Below, in pieces: positions 51,002 through 63,000 of a stretch of 64,000 nucleotides of DNA. Positions within the stretch are counted from its first letter, which is position 1. Each line of letters opens with the position of its first letter. The DNA is from a virus (taxonomy: Duplodnaviria > Caudoviricetes). The position numbers were made by a program, and so were the translations under genes. Location of the stretch: positions 64,001-128,000 of IMG/VR virus record IMGVR_UViG_2751185671_000004; one strand, 5' to 3'. The notes below the pieces were generated by a model that saw nothing but the letters and a program-made list of their open reading frames with translations, did not search any database and had not been told where the DNA came from.

Positions 51002-51310
51002 CTAGCGTTGAGGGCGTTGTATGATGTTAAGGATCTCTCGATCACTAGGACGTAGTTGTTCTCTAGTTCTTCTTCGAACAGATGATCTTGTAGTTGGTGT
51101 ATTTGCCTCAGGATGAGAATTTTGTATCAGACTTTCGATGGCATTTTGACTAGGGCGCGACTGTGTTTCGTGAGTTCGTCTACGAACACTATAATTCAGC
51201 AATGGTTCCCTAGCGGTAGTTCTTCTATGACGATTTGTATTTGTATTTGTATTTGTATTTGTTTGACTTACGGGTCGATGTGAACTACGTGATGATCTGT
51301 TTACTGGCAT
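51002..51310 (-). CDS. Arg/Ser/Thr-rich orphan protein
   Basis: AGGAG RBS on minus strand; TNTNTNTN repeat. Confidence 0.55.
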   Translation of the reverse strand: MPVNRSSRSSHRPVSQTNTNTNTNTNRHRRTTAREPLLNYSVRRRTHETQSRPSQNAIESLIQNSHPEANTPTTRSSVRRRTREQLRPSDREILNIIQRPQR

Positions 51311-51886
51311 TAAAACTCCTATTTTATAATATTAATGTCGATCTGTAAGTATGCTATTAGCGGAAAAAGTTCTTAAAATCGACATCATATTATTTGGGAT
51401 AAGGTAAATATACCAACCAACTTAATTTATAGCGGCAGAAAATAATGCACCCGCGCCTATAAAATCAGCTCTCGATAAAAGTTAATATTGTAGAAGTAAT
51501 AGATTAACTCTAGTTAATGTGAGCTTTGTATCAATATCATCTACTATTTTTTTTGTTAAATCGTGCTATTTTCAGTGTGTTGTATTTGTCAAACATACGA
51601 AACTCCAAAATCAGTAAAAAAGTGTGAGTTATAATCGAAAAACAAACCAAAATAGACTCTAGCTAATATATTTTTAGAAAAAATTTGGAGCATTGAAATA
51701 GGCTTATTACTATTAGCACGTCATTTACTGTAATTTATATTGAAATATTCTCAAACTTTTAGCTGAGTATAATTACTCATCATATAATTTAAAAAAATAA
51801 GAGAAAAGTATTTATGCCCATCAGGTATTCCAGGTGCTTATTATTGTAATAAAGGTCATTGCGTCAACAGACTTATAGACAACAGA

Positions 51887-52588
51887 ATGAGGGAAAGACA
51901 CAATGATTATCATCACAGTCATTCAACACAATCAGTTTTTCCTTCAACTCATAATTCGTTAACTCAATCGCAACCTTCGTCTATAGCGTTGAGATTACGC
52001 TTGAAGCCAAGCCCAACAAAAGCTAGCGCTAGCTCGTCATCTAGAATGTCAAGGTCGACACAGATAGGAAAACAAATTTTTGATAAATATTCTCCCTCGC
52101 AATTTACTTCTCTTCGTAATGATCAAAAATCTTATTTACGATCTTACTATGATTATATGAAATGGCCTCATCATTCGAGCCTTGAAATAAAAAGATTAGT
52201 CAAAAGAGACTCGTCTGAAGTAGAAGATCTTCTTGGTCAGAAGAGACAACATCTCTCCAGAAAAGAAAGCGCAAAGTTATCTCGATTAGCCAGCGGTCGA
52301 GACAGCTATAATAGTTATCTATCGAAGACTAAAACAACATTCACTCTGAGAGAACGGCAATATGCACGTGAATACTTAATATCAAAAGGTAAAGATATAC
52401 CATCTGTATTTGCGAAGGAAAGATATACAAGAGATGACGCAACTGCCAAGCCAGCGGCATATGATAGCGCAGACTCTCGACGACAAGCCTCATATCGATA
52501 CGAAGCTCGGAAAGCAGCGGAAAGATCTACAGATTCAGCAAAAAGAGCAAAATTAAACGATCCGAATTGGTGGGCATACTTACAGTGA
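51887..52588 (+). CDS. Basic Ser/Arg-rich orphan protein
   Basis: 233-aa ORF in AT-rich region. Confidence 0.6.
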   Translation: MRERHNDYHHSHSTQSVFPSTHNSLTQSQPSSIALRLRLKPSPTKASASSSSRMSRSTQIGKQIFDKYSPSQFTSLRNDQKSYLRSYYDYMKWPHHSSLEIKRLVKRDSSEVEDLLGQKRQHLSRKESAKLSRLASGRDSYNSYLSKTKTTFTLRERQYAREYLISKGKDIPSVFAKERYTRDDATAKPAAYDSADSRRQASYRYEARKAAERSTDSAKRAKLNDPNWWAYLQ

Positions 52589-52652
52589 TAGTAATGTTAT
52601 CAAATTACTTATTTTTTGATAAATGAAAAAATATAAGTTTAACGTTAACATT

Positions 52653-52680
52653 TTTCTAAGCTGCCTATACGGAAGTGAAC
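52653..52680 (-). CRISPR. Solitary type I-F repeat (1 mismatch, in stem)
   Basis: GTTCACTTCCGTATAGGCAGCTTAGAAA. Confidence 0.88.
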
Positions 52681-52900
52681 AACAGTAAAAATCCCCAGTG
52701 GACTTTAATTTCTGTGACTTAATAAAGTCTATAAAATAATATAGCAATTGGTGTAACTCTGCGTTTTTGAACTATAAGACAGAATTAGCTTTCTACTTAC
52801 TCTTGAATTTATAAGATTAATTACAGGGAACCATTTTTTTCTTTATTTCACATATTTATTACTATTGTAAACACTGCAACTGATTTTAAAAGAGAAAACA

Positions 52901-53614
52901 ATGCCTAGACGTATAGATCGAAAAACAAGCCCTTTGATACCTCTGCACCATAAGCATTTGACACTTAATAAGAGGTTGAGGCACACAGAGCCAAGACCTC
53001 CAGTAATGCACCGGCGCCGCTCGTTTCACCACACGGCTCCAGAAACTAGAGCATTAAAAAGGCGGCATTCCCATAATCGTACAAGGCCACAACCTAGACC
53101 ATTAATGCAAAATCAATTTTTTAAGTGGCCGGTGAAGAAAAGAAGCAGAGAATATGATAACGAGACTATAGGTCATGCTAGAGCACCTGCTATTAGAGGC
53201 CGCAAAATAGATCGTTTGAGTAACGAACAGCTCAAGCGTCGTGAGTTAACATTTCATAATGGTAGAGTTTTTGACTCTAAAGGAAATCGATTTGATACAC
53301 GTGATTCGACAGAAAAAATGATAGGTAGGCCACGAGTGAAAACTGACAAGGCAAACTTTATTATGACAGGGAATGGAAAAATCCGAGTAGATAAACATCC
53401 GACCGTTGGCAAAAGGCATCATACGTCTTTAGCAAGAAAAGGAGGTGCTGTCGCAGGTGCTGGTAAAATAGCTGTATATAATGGTCATTTAGTCGATGTT
53501 ACAGATGAGAGTGGCCATTATAAAACTACTCGTAAAATGATGAAAAATGTGGAGAGGCAATTTAAAGAGAATGGTATAAATACTACAGGAAAATTTACCC
53601 GTTTTTTTAGTTAG
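52901..53614 (+). CDS. Basic protein with C-terminal HxS...AG...SGHY domain (toxin/effector-like; motif shared with plant IQM proteins)
   Basis: HHTSLARKGGAVAGAGKIAVYNGHLVDVTDESGHYK. Confidence 0.65.
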   Translation: MPRRIDRKTSPLIPLHHKHLTLNKRLRHTEPRPPVMHRRRSFHHTAPETRALKRRHSHNRTRPQPRPLMQNQFFKWPVKKRSREYDNETIGHARAPAIRGRKIDRLSNEQLKRRELTFHNGRVFDSKGNRFDTRDSTEKMIGRPRVKTDKANFIMTGNGKIRVDKHPTVGKRHHTSLARKGGAVAGAGKIAVYNGHLVDVTDESGHYKTTRKMMKNVERQFKENGINTTGKFTRFFS

Positions 53615-53693
53615 ACAAGGTTTGATGATATACCCACAACTAAGAATTAATACTAGTTAAAACGATTGTCACACGTAATTATTTTGAAGCAAT

Positions 53694-53726
53694 AAAACCC
53701 TTAGTAAATTTTTTATCAAGGGTTTT
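53694..53726. terminator. Bidirectional terminator-like hairpin
   Basis: AAAACCCTT/AAGGGTTTT. Confidence 0.55.
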
Positions 53727-53790
53727 GTTCTTTAAAGATAATGAAATACTACAGAATTTTCTCACATAAAAATGGAGTTTTAAATAGATA

Positions 53791-53818
53791 TTTCTAAGCT
53801 GCCTATACGGCAGTGAAC
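53791..53818 (-). CRISPR. Consensus type I-F repeat adjacent to leader
   Basis: GTTCACTGCCGTATAGGCAGCTTAGAAA. Confidence 0.93.
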
Positions 53819-53950
53819 AATACAAAAACCACAATAAGCATCTGATTATTAAAGAACTTTTATGCTTTTTAGCATAAATACCCTTTTTTATTTTCTTACA
53901 TCAAACCCACGTAAAATGCGGACTGTGGTGATACTCGAAAAAAAGGGTAC
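53819..53950 (-). promoter_or_regulatory. Type I-F CRISPR leader
   Basis: IHF consensus AATCAGATGCTTA (53835-53847); ACCCTTTTTT/AAAAAAGGGT inverted motifs (53880-53889, 53939-53948). Confidence 0.8.
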
Positions 53951-54569
53951 AACCGAAGAATAGTGTAAATGAACAATTACTCATCTCACAAAGACTAAGG
54001 TGACAATATTTATACTAACAGCTTGGCACCTATATTTTCATTCTGAGCGCGACAAACTCTCATTTACACCAGAGGCCTTTAAAAAAGTATCTTCTAGTTT
54101 CACTTAAGAGCCAATATGAATGCAGGATAATAATAAGTTAAGTTTTTCACAAAACATGTCATATGATTGGTGCATACTCAAATATGTATGATAAAGACAC
54201 TAGTAATTTGCTGGCTTTATATAAGACTCACTCTATATCAATTCAATTTAGCTGAAGTATTTTCAATCTATTGTGACTTACGTGAAAACTTAAGCAGCTT
54301 CACAGTCTCACATAAAAAATATAACAGAGAATAATAATAAAGCTTATCGATGAGATGCATCATGGGATCGCACTATAGAATTACACATTACTTTAGAGCC
54401 CTAACGCCAGGAATTAAAAAGGTCTTACGTATTTTTGGTAATTAAGCGACGAATGCCTCGGTGAGTGTTGTCGCACGATGGGTAAAATCGGGGTATATCC
54501 CTTGCGATAAAGTATAGGAAGTGATGCTGTTGGATAGCGCCGATTTATTGGCAAAGTTAGGCCATTACA

Positions 54570-55001
54570 GTGTTTTTGGTATCGAGGTTAATGCGGTGCA
54601 TTATACCCATCCCTATTAAGTTCCGTTTTCATAATTCTCTTGAAGAAGGGCAACTGTTGCCTATTCCCGATCTTATCGTCGACTACGGGTGTATGCTGTT
54701 GAGTGAAAAGTCTTACCGTATTTTTTACGCAATGCTGGCAGAGCATGGAGAATTCTTACCCATCTATTCCGGCAATACACGAGCTTATCTTTATAACCCG
54801 CTAAAAGTTGCCAAACAATTTAATGGGCTAGATATAAAAAAATCTACAAAAAATGAATATGAATACGATAACTATCTCGGGATTTATTGCCGACACGATT
54901 TTAGCGACACGGTGATGCGTCATAACTTGCGCGGTATTGTTTTTGAAGAAAACATTGCTTTGTCATTTCCAGCAGACCCGGCAGTCTTGGCCGAAGACTA
55001 A
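54570..55001 (+). pseudogene. Probable 5'-degraded hypothetical gene
   Basis: Plausible C-terminal protein sequence with GTG start and no clear RBS. Confidence 0.3.
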
Positions 55002-55470
55002 TAATCAATAATCTATGGGGGAGCAAGACCAAGGAAGACGAACACTCAGCAAGGACGCTTTTTTTATCTGTTACACATTACGACCAAAGTCGCATACGCG
55101 GCACGAATTATCACAACCTACATTTATAGTTAACATCAACATTATTCACATGTTCATGAGTTATTCATGTTTCTACGTGTAAGGAGCTATGTTGTATGAA
55201 AAAAATTCATATAGCTAATATGTCACCTAAAACACTGTATTTTAATACACCTTATGTTAAAATTTTCGACAAGTTAGTGTTTATTTTTCCATATTTTTCT
55301 CGAATAACGCGGTGTAATTTTTTAAAAAAATATATTGATATACCGTGTTTTCGCAAAGGTTTAGGAAGCCGATATTTAACGTTTAAGGATACATCACATG
55401 TTTATCGTCCAGTAAAGTATTTAATCCCAACGACACATACACATAACATACCTTATGGTGAGGTATTTCT

Positions 55471-56991
55471 GTGTGCTTTTCATTTATACAAGGAGGATGT
55501 ATGAATCCCTCTCGCCTTACTATTTCTTGTTGTTCTTTTATTTTTGTGAATATAGAAAAGAAAAGGACATATAACTTAATCAACAAAGCTCTTCTATTCG
55601 TCTGTTTTTTTTCGATGACTTACACTTTATCTCGTCCTGCTTATGCGGATATTGTCCCTTTAGATATTTCTCTAGGCGTTAATTACGATGGCTATATTTC
55701 CAATGCCGAGGCGAGTCATGCGGCATTATACGATCCACCTTCAAGTTGGGGATTTGTCAGTCGAGATGTTGGTCGTGTCTTTGGCGAACATCAACTGGGC
55801 TTTTGGGGAACCTATAGTTGGGATAATCAGAGTGATTCTGGTTTACCTGTAAGTGGTGAGTTATCGACTAACTACGGTATTTTTCGCCTTAATACCTCAC
55901 GTGACGCAGCACCTCAAGCGGGCTTTGTACTGCCACCGCAAGGATCAACACCACAACTTTCAACACACCCCAATGTTGTGCGAGCACATCGTCCTCATAG
56001 CCCATCGCTTGAGCATCCTGGTGCTGCTGTTGACGTTACTTTACCCATAGAGCAACACGCCCGTTACGCCTCCATTAATTTTTTAATGTCAGGTAGTGGC
56101 AATAAAACAATGCTCTATGCCCTTTACGACAATGGGCTAGGAGATGTGGATCGCGTATTGATTTATGACTCAATGGGCATCCCTGATCCGGAAGTACAAG
56201 AGATCGGGTTTCCTGAACCAAGAAGTGTCAGCACGAATAATCCGGATCTTGTTTCTGCGTTGAGGATGGATAATCGCTGGGAGAATTATGAGGGGCGCTC
56301 TCATATTCGTCCAGGCATTACCCATATTTGGACATTTGCTTCCCCGTTAGCGCTTGACTCTTCACGTACATTACGTGGATTTACCTTAGCCGTTTATAAC
56401 GAAGATATTTGGAAAGCACGCTCCGCATTTATTTATGCGGCGTCGGCGGATCGACTCAACGTGCCTGCCCTCAGTTCAGCGGCGAAAGCCACCACCATTG
56501 CTGAAGATGGCTCACGCTATGTCAGTACGCATAATAATTTATTACGAAAAATTGATAACAATGGTGCTGAGCTTTGGTCACAGTCGTTAGGACTAATTAA
56601 TAGCGAACCGCTCATCGGTGCTAGTAATACATTATTTGTCGGTTCTACCAATGCTCATGTATACAGCATTAATGCCGACGCAGGTAATGTGTTGTGGTCA
56701 GCCGATACACAAGGCGCGGTTGCTGGTCTTGCCTTTAATAATGAAAAAAATACAGTATTCGCCATTACTCAAAATGGTTGGCTTTACGCCTTCGATTTAA
56801 ATGGTACTGAACTGTGGCGTTTACGCCTTAATGTATCGGCCAATGCCACCGTCAATGCTGCCCCCATCGTTTCCCCTGCAAGTGCACCCACGGATTATCT
56901 TTATATCAAAGATAGTGAAGGACGTTTGTATGCAGTGGAGCCTGCCAATCCATTACAGAACAGGGAGGCGAGTGTCGTATGGGTACGTTAA
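55471..56991 (+). CDS. Secreted protein with C-terminal PQQ-like beta-propeller repeats
   Basis: Signal-like segment ending PAYA-D; GAELWS, GNVLWS, GTELWR repeats; true start uncertain. Confidence 0.8.
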   Translation: MCFSFIQGGCMNPSRLTISCCSFIFVNIEKKRTYNLINKALLFVCFFSMTYTLSRPAYADIVPLDISLGVNYDGYISNAEASHAALYDPPSSWGFVSRDVGRVFGEHQLGFWGTYSWDNQSDSGLPVSGELSTNYGIFRLNTSRDAAPQAGFVLPPQGSTPQLSTHPNVVRAHRPHSPSLEHPGAAVDVTLPIEQHARYASINFLMSGSGNKTMLYALYDNGLGDVDRVLIYDSMGIPDPEVQEIGFPEPRSVSTNNPDLVSALRMDNRWENYEGRSHIRPGITHIWTFASPLALDSSRTLRGFTLAVYNEDIWKARSAFIYAASADRLNVPALSSAAKATTIAEDGSRYVSTHNNLLRKIDNNGAELWSQSLGLINSEPLIGASNTLFVGSTNAHVYSINADAGNVLWSADTQGAVAGLAFNNEKNTVFAITQNGWLYAFDLNGTELWRLRLNVSANATVNAAPIVSPASAPTDYLYIKDSEGRLYAVEPANPLQNREASVVWVR

Positions 56992-57017
56992 ATTCTAAAA
57001 ACGTTGTTCACCGTAGC

Positions 57018-60000
57018 ATGAATAAAAATGATCATATTTTTGCTGGGAGCTTTTTAGCAATGAACCTGCATAATCTTAAATTTTTTCACTATATTTTATT
57101 ACCATTATTTTTTGTCTTTAGTCCATTCGTAAGCGCACAACAATCCTATTTTAATTTTCTTGATGTGGAGAATGTCAGCGGATCGGGTTCCACAGCCACT
57201 TATACCGATACTAATGGCACTTACAGAATTTCTTATTCCTTCCCATTTATCCCTAACATCGATGCAACACGCTTAACGGCAACGCGCACCTTTAATGGCC
57301 AACAAACACGCTTGGATTTTGGGTACGTGGATGGTGAAACACGCACCATTACGCTCAACCATGATAACGGTGTGTATCGGTATTATGCTGAGTCGGAAAT
57401 TAATGATCATGGTGATCCTGATGGTGGCGGAACGGATATTGATCTCATCGGCACTATTACGGTCATTCGTCAACTAGGTTCCATGGGAACCATTTCGTTA
57501 CCCAACTACTGTATTAATAGTTATACCGTTAGTTGGCCAGCGGTCTCAGCAGCGAATCGTTACGATATTGAAGAATCTTCTAATGGGGGGAGCACATGGA
57601 CACGTTTAACCAATCCGGCTGGCGCAAGTGCCACCTCAATTTCACGACCCGGCATTAACACCGGCGAAGAACGTCGGTATCGCGTGCGCGCCTATTATGA
57701 TCAACAACCCAACACACGCACGCCATGGCAAACTTCTGCCCGTTGCCAAGGGAATATTAGGCCGAGTGTTTCATTGTTCTCTCCTAGCAATGGCCACTAC
57801 CAATTATTGAACCAAGTACTTCTACTGTCAGCCAGTGCGACCGATACCAACGGCTCCGTCTCCTACGTGGATTTTTACCACGGCACAACACGTATTGCCC
57901 GTGATACCAGCGCACCGTTTACCGCTCAATGGACACCCACACAATCAGGTGCACAAACACTGGAGGCTCGCGCTACCGATAACCATGGCGCCACCACACG
58001 TTCAACCGCTATCACGGTCAATGTGCACACACGCCCCACCGTATTTATTAATAGTCCCGCACCTAACACACAATTTGATGTGGGAGACAGTGTGTCCATC
58101 GGCGCAACCGCCAGTGATGATGGCACCATCACCCAAGTACAGTTTTTTCGCAATGGCAGTATCATCAGCACCGATACCAGCGCACCTTATACCGCCACGT
58201 GGACAGTCTCCGCTTCGGGTTTACATTCCATTACCGCACAAGCCACCGATAATCACGGCATCACCAGTGCTTCTTCGCCAGTCGTGGTGATTGAAGGGAT
58301 TGAACAAACCGCACCTAATTCAGCACCGACAGGATTAGCGGCAGACACTGGAGTAAATAACAGCACCGGGATTTACACACTCAGCTGGAATGCAGTAACA
58401 GATGCGAATGAATACGAGCTACAAGAATGCCGTTTAGCGACCTGCAGCGATGGCGATTTTACCCGCGTGATTCGCTCCGCCAATCGTGCCGCCTCTTTTA
58501 CCGGCTTAGGCAATGGCAGCTACACCTATCGCGTCAATGCCTGTAATGATGTGGGGTGTTCAGCCTTTAGTGCCCCTTATACGGTGACTATCACCTTACC
58601 GGTACCACAACGCCCCGGCCCCACCTATTTAAAAACTTCAGCAGTATGTGCCAACGGTGCTACCAGTGGCCAAAGCACTGGCGCTTTCGAGATCTGTTGG
58701 GATGCGGTTACAGAAAACCTGGATCACTACTTAGTGGAAGAACAAATAGGGACTGGCCCTTGGCAGCAAATCGCCAATCAAAGCGCAACATCACTTGTAC
58801 TTAATAATAAAACCACCAATACCTATTCCTATCGTGTGCTGGCCTGTAATGATCAAAACGCCTGCAGTACGCCTGGAGGGATTTTATCCGTTAGTGTGAT
58901 TGATACTCCGGTGATTTACAGCGCATCACTCGCTTGCGATGGCACCTGTGTGTCGATTGCTGGGACGGGCTTTGATACGAATACGCAAGTGGCTGTGAGT
59001 TCTATTACAACCAGCCCGTTAAACCAAACGTTTAGTTCACCTGAATTAATCGTTAACAACGATTCCCTGCAATTGCCTATCGATGATGCCTTGGTGATTG
59101 ATGCCTTAAATAACCTTGGCGGTTTGTCATTAGCGGTGGTCAACACCACCAATAATAATCGCGCGAGCACACAGGTCTATCCCAATAATGCATCACCGGA
59201 ACCTGCCGTCAATAGTGGGCCACCTACCATCAGTGCTAACGGGATTATTTATATTGGCCGTGGTGATCAACTGTATGCCTATGACAGTGCCGGTACGCTT
59301 ATTACGGGATGGCCAGTGGATATTCAAGAACCGATTACCACCCAGCCTGCCCTTTCTGTGAATGAAAATACCGTCTACGTGGGCGGCGGTGATCGCCACC
59401 TTGTGGCGGTGGGTGGCGCTGAAGATGTACTCAGTGGCCAAATCCATTGGCAATTCCCCGCAGCAGGCGCGGTGGCTTCACCTCTAGTAGATCAATATGA
59501 CTTTGTTTACGCGGGTGCGATGGACAGCCGTTTCTATTCCCTTGGCACCGATGGCCAGGTTCGCTGGACATATAACGCCACTGCCGGTATTGCCGAAAAG
59601 CCAGTGATTTATGGGGATTACAGTCTGTCCTTTAGTTCTGTGGATGGGCAATTGCATCAGCTACGGGCTGGGGTGATCGGGCCGGAGCAACTCAACTGGC
59701 AAAGTATCGATCAATCCTTATTGCGTGATTATTTAAGCACTGTTGGCGAAGACTTTGAGCAGTTTGTGGTGGACGGTTGGGATGCTACCGAACTCTTTCA
59801 AGTGGGGCGTTTATTTGAAGGCTTATTGCGTCGTCATCCTGATAAAGAAACACTCACATTCTGGACCTATGCCTTACTGCCAGATTATGGCGCGACCTTA
59901 GAAGAGGTGACGGAAGCCTTTTTAACCTCTGATTCCGGTGTTGCCCTTTACGGCGGTTTAACCGACTTCCTCTATGTGGGTGCTCTGTATGAGAATGTGT

Positions 60001-63000
60001 TAAATATTACCGAGTGGGTGGATACACCCGAATATCAAGCAGACCTCGCAGCACTCACCAGCGGTGCACTTACGCGCACGCAATTAGCCATGCAGCTAGT
60101 CGGCAGCGAAACCTTCTCTACCCGCGTTGACCAAGAATTACTGCGTATTTTCCAAATCTTTTATGGCTTTTGTTTAGAAGCCAATTGCGACTTTTTACTG
60201 GACAGCGATAACGATGGCCTGGGCGATCAGTGGGAACTCACACACTTTGGCGACCTCACCAGCCAAAGCGGTGATGGGGATGCCGATGGCGACGGCTTGA
60301 CTAATTATCAAGAGTACTTAGCCAATAGCAGCCCTGCCTTGGGCGCACCGGATGCAGCGCCTTTGCCTGCCAGTAAACCGGAAGATCCTGATACCAGCAT
60401 ATCCGATGCCATCGGCTCTATTGAAGGCCAGTTTCGGGTCAATGAGCAGGGTTCTGCTACCTACACGATTCCCATTACCACGATGGCGGGCACCGCCGGT
60501 GTTGCCCCGAGTTTTTCTTTGCATTATACCAGTCAAAACAATCGTGGAATTGCGGGCAAAGGCTGGGGGCTAAGTGGTTTATCAAGCATTAGCCGCTGCC
60601 GTCAGACGCTAGGACGCGATGGTGTTGCATTGCCGATTACCTGGGGAGAAAGAGACCGCTTTTGTCTGAATGGCCAGCGCTTAGTACTAACCTCTGGCGC
60701 ATCCTATGGCGCTGTAGGGGCGACCTATAAAACTGAAATCGATAGCTTTATTACAGTCACATCTGTTGGCGGTAGTGCGGGTGCTCCAGAGTATTTCACC
60801 GCTGTGGCTAGAGACGGTTCCCTCACTACTTACGGTTTTATTGAAGGTGACAACAATGCCCAACAAAGGACGTTCGATAACGCACATACGCTAATGTGGG
60901 TACAAAACCAATTTAAAGACAGTGTGGGCAATCGTATTGAGTATGTGTATGCACAAACAGCAGGTAATGATCATCGAATTGCTTCTGTCCATTATGCTTA
61001 CGGTAATGGCGATCAAGCCAATGCCGCCGTCTTCTTTGATTACGAAGACCGTCCTGATATTGAACGCTTTAATTTAGCCGGTTATGCCTTTGAGAGTACA
61101 AAGCGACTCGCGGCTATCCGCGTACAAAATACAGTGAATAAAACACCTAGCGAAGTGCGACGGTATGATCTCAACTATGCGCCGTATCCCGCTGATGCCC
61201 ATGTGCAAACCAGCCTCTTAGAAAACATAGAAGTGTGCGCCGGAGATGTATGTTTACTTCCAACAGTGTTTGCTTGGACACCGTCAGGGGAAGGACAAGA
61301 GCTTACGGATTTTGACACCACAGAATTTAGCGATGCCGGTTTGCTAGTAGACTATAAGTTTGCCGATTTTAATGGTGATGGTGAGCAGGATATTGTCTTT
61401 TTACATACCTCGCCAATGGGCGATCAACAAACGGTCAACTATGCCATGTCTGTGGCAGGCGAACTTGTCGCACAACCGTTTGCATCGGGAAGAACGAGTG
61501 AAATTTTACCTGATGTTGTTGGCGGTAGCTTTTTCTCTCGTGCCGCTGCTCAAATTCTAGTACTGGACTACAACGCTGATGGGCGTATGGATCTCGCCAC
61601 CTATAGCGCCAGTGCTGGGGGTTGGCAGCTGTATATATCGACGCCCACATCGAGCGGTTGGCGGTTAAAAAATCTTGGTGCAGACCATTTCCTAGATGCG
61701 AATTCCACATTGCTTTTTCTTGATATTGATAGCGATGGCTTATCCGATGCCGTATATCTTAACCGTCAACAACAGCGCTTAATAATAAGGCGATTAAAGC
61801 CTGGCAACGGTGCTATCGAGAGCGATACTTATTTTGCGTTCGGTGCCGAGGAAAGCTTTTCGATTGATCCTCCTGCAGGTATTGAAGATGATATCGACGA
61901 TGTTGATCAAATTGCCATCGCTACGGGGGATGTGACAGGTAATGGGCAAGCCGAACTGATGCTGCGCTACCGCTCCATTCACGAGGAACAAGGGACATTC
62001 CAGTTTTACTATCATATATACACCTTCGGTGAGAGTGCATTGCTTCCTTGGGGCAGCAGTATTTATTTAGAAGAATTGGAGCCAAGCACCACCGCACCGG
62101 AACAGTTTCCCCGTGTTAACCTTCAGGATCTAAATGGCGATGGCCTCGCCGACCTCACCTACTATTTTAAAGGACGGCTGAACTATTGGATAAATGACGG
62201 TTTACAATTTGGCACGAAGCAATCATTGTCTATTCGCGGGCCGAGTATCGACGACTATGATCGGGCGCCCACGTTTGTCGACTATGATAATGATGGCGAT
62301 CTCGACCTGATATACCATGCGTTTCCCACCGCCAATATTCGTATGTATCGTTGGGATATTCACACACACGCATTTTCCATCGATACAGAAAACATTCGAC
62401 GCGGTGTGACGACAGATCCTGAAGAGACTAACCGAGAAAACCATATCTTCTTTGATAGTAATGGCGATGGCCATCTGGATTATCATCGCTATCGCAGTGA
62501 GTCTGGTCGGTTGTTACGATTTTTAAGCACCCAGTCCAGCCCTCGCCATGTGATGACGCAAATAGAAAATGGCTTAGGAGGCATTACGGAGATTAGCCAT
62601 GAAGCCCTTGCGAAAAGCTCTCATTACCACCGTATTGACGTGGGCGAGACACGGGCAACGCCACCCAATGCATTATGTGCCATTTGGGGAGAGTCCTTTT
62701 TAAATACCTGCCAAGACTATTACGCCTATGATACCGGGCAATTTTATAGTGAACTTAACAGCAACTGGAGTGAACATAACTCCCTAGGGAAGTATCAGCC
62801 GGTATTGGAATTCCACGGCTCTTTGCCCATCGTCACATCCATTTCAAGCTCCGCCCCTTCGGCAGGAGCAACGCCAGGTAATATCAATGCCGAAGCCATG
62901 AGTACCATTGCTTATTTCTATGGCGAAGCCAAAATACAAGCGGCAGGGATTGGCTTTTTAGGGTTTGAACGATTAGCCACCTTGGATCAGCAAACGGGAA

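Noticed and set aside
46863-53818. Conventional CRISPR array or cas locus
   Set aside because: No repeat lies ~32 nt from another and no cas gene is recognisable in the window
55196-55586. Short ORFs upstream of the PQQ gene
   Set aside because: AT-rich, overlapping, no motifs; probably promoter region
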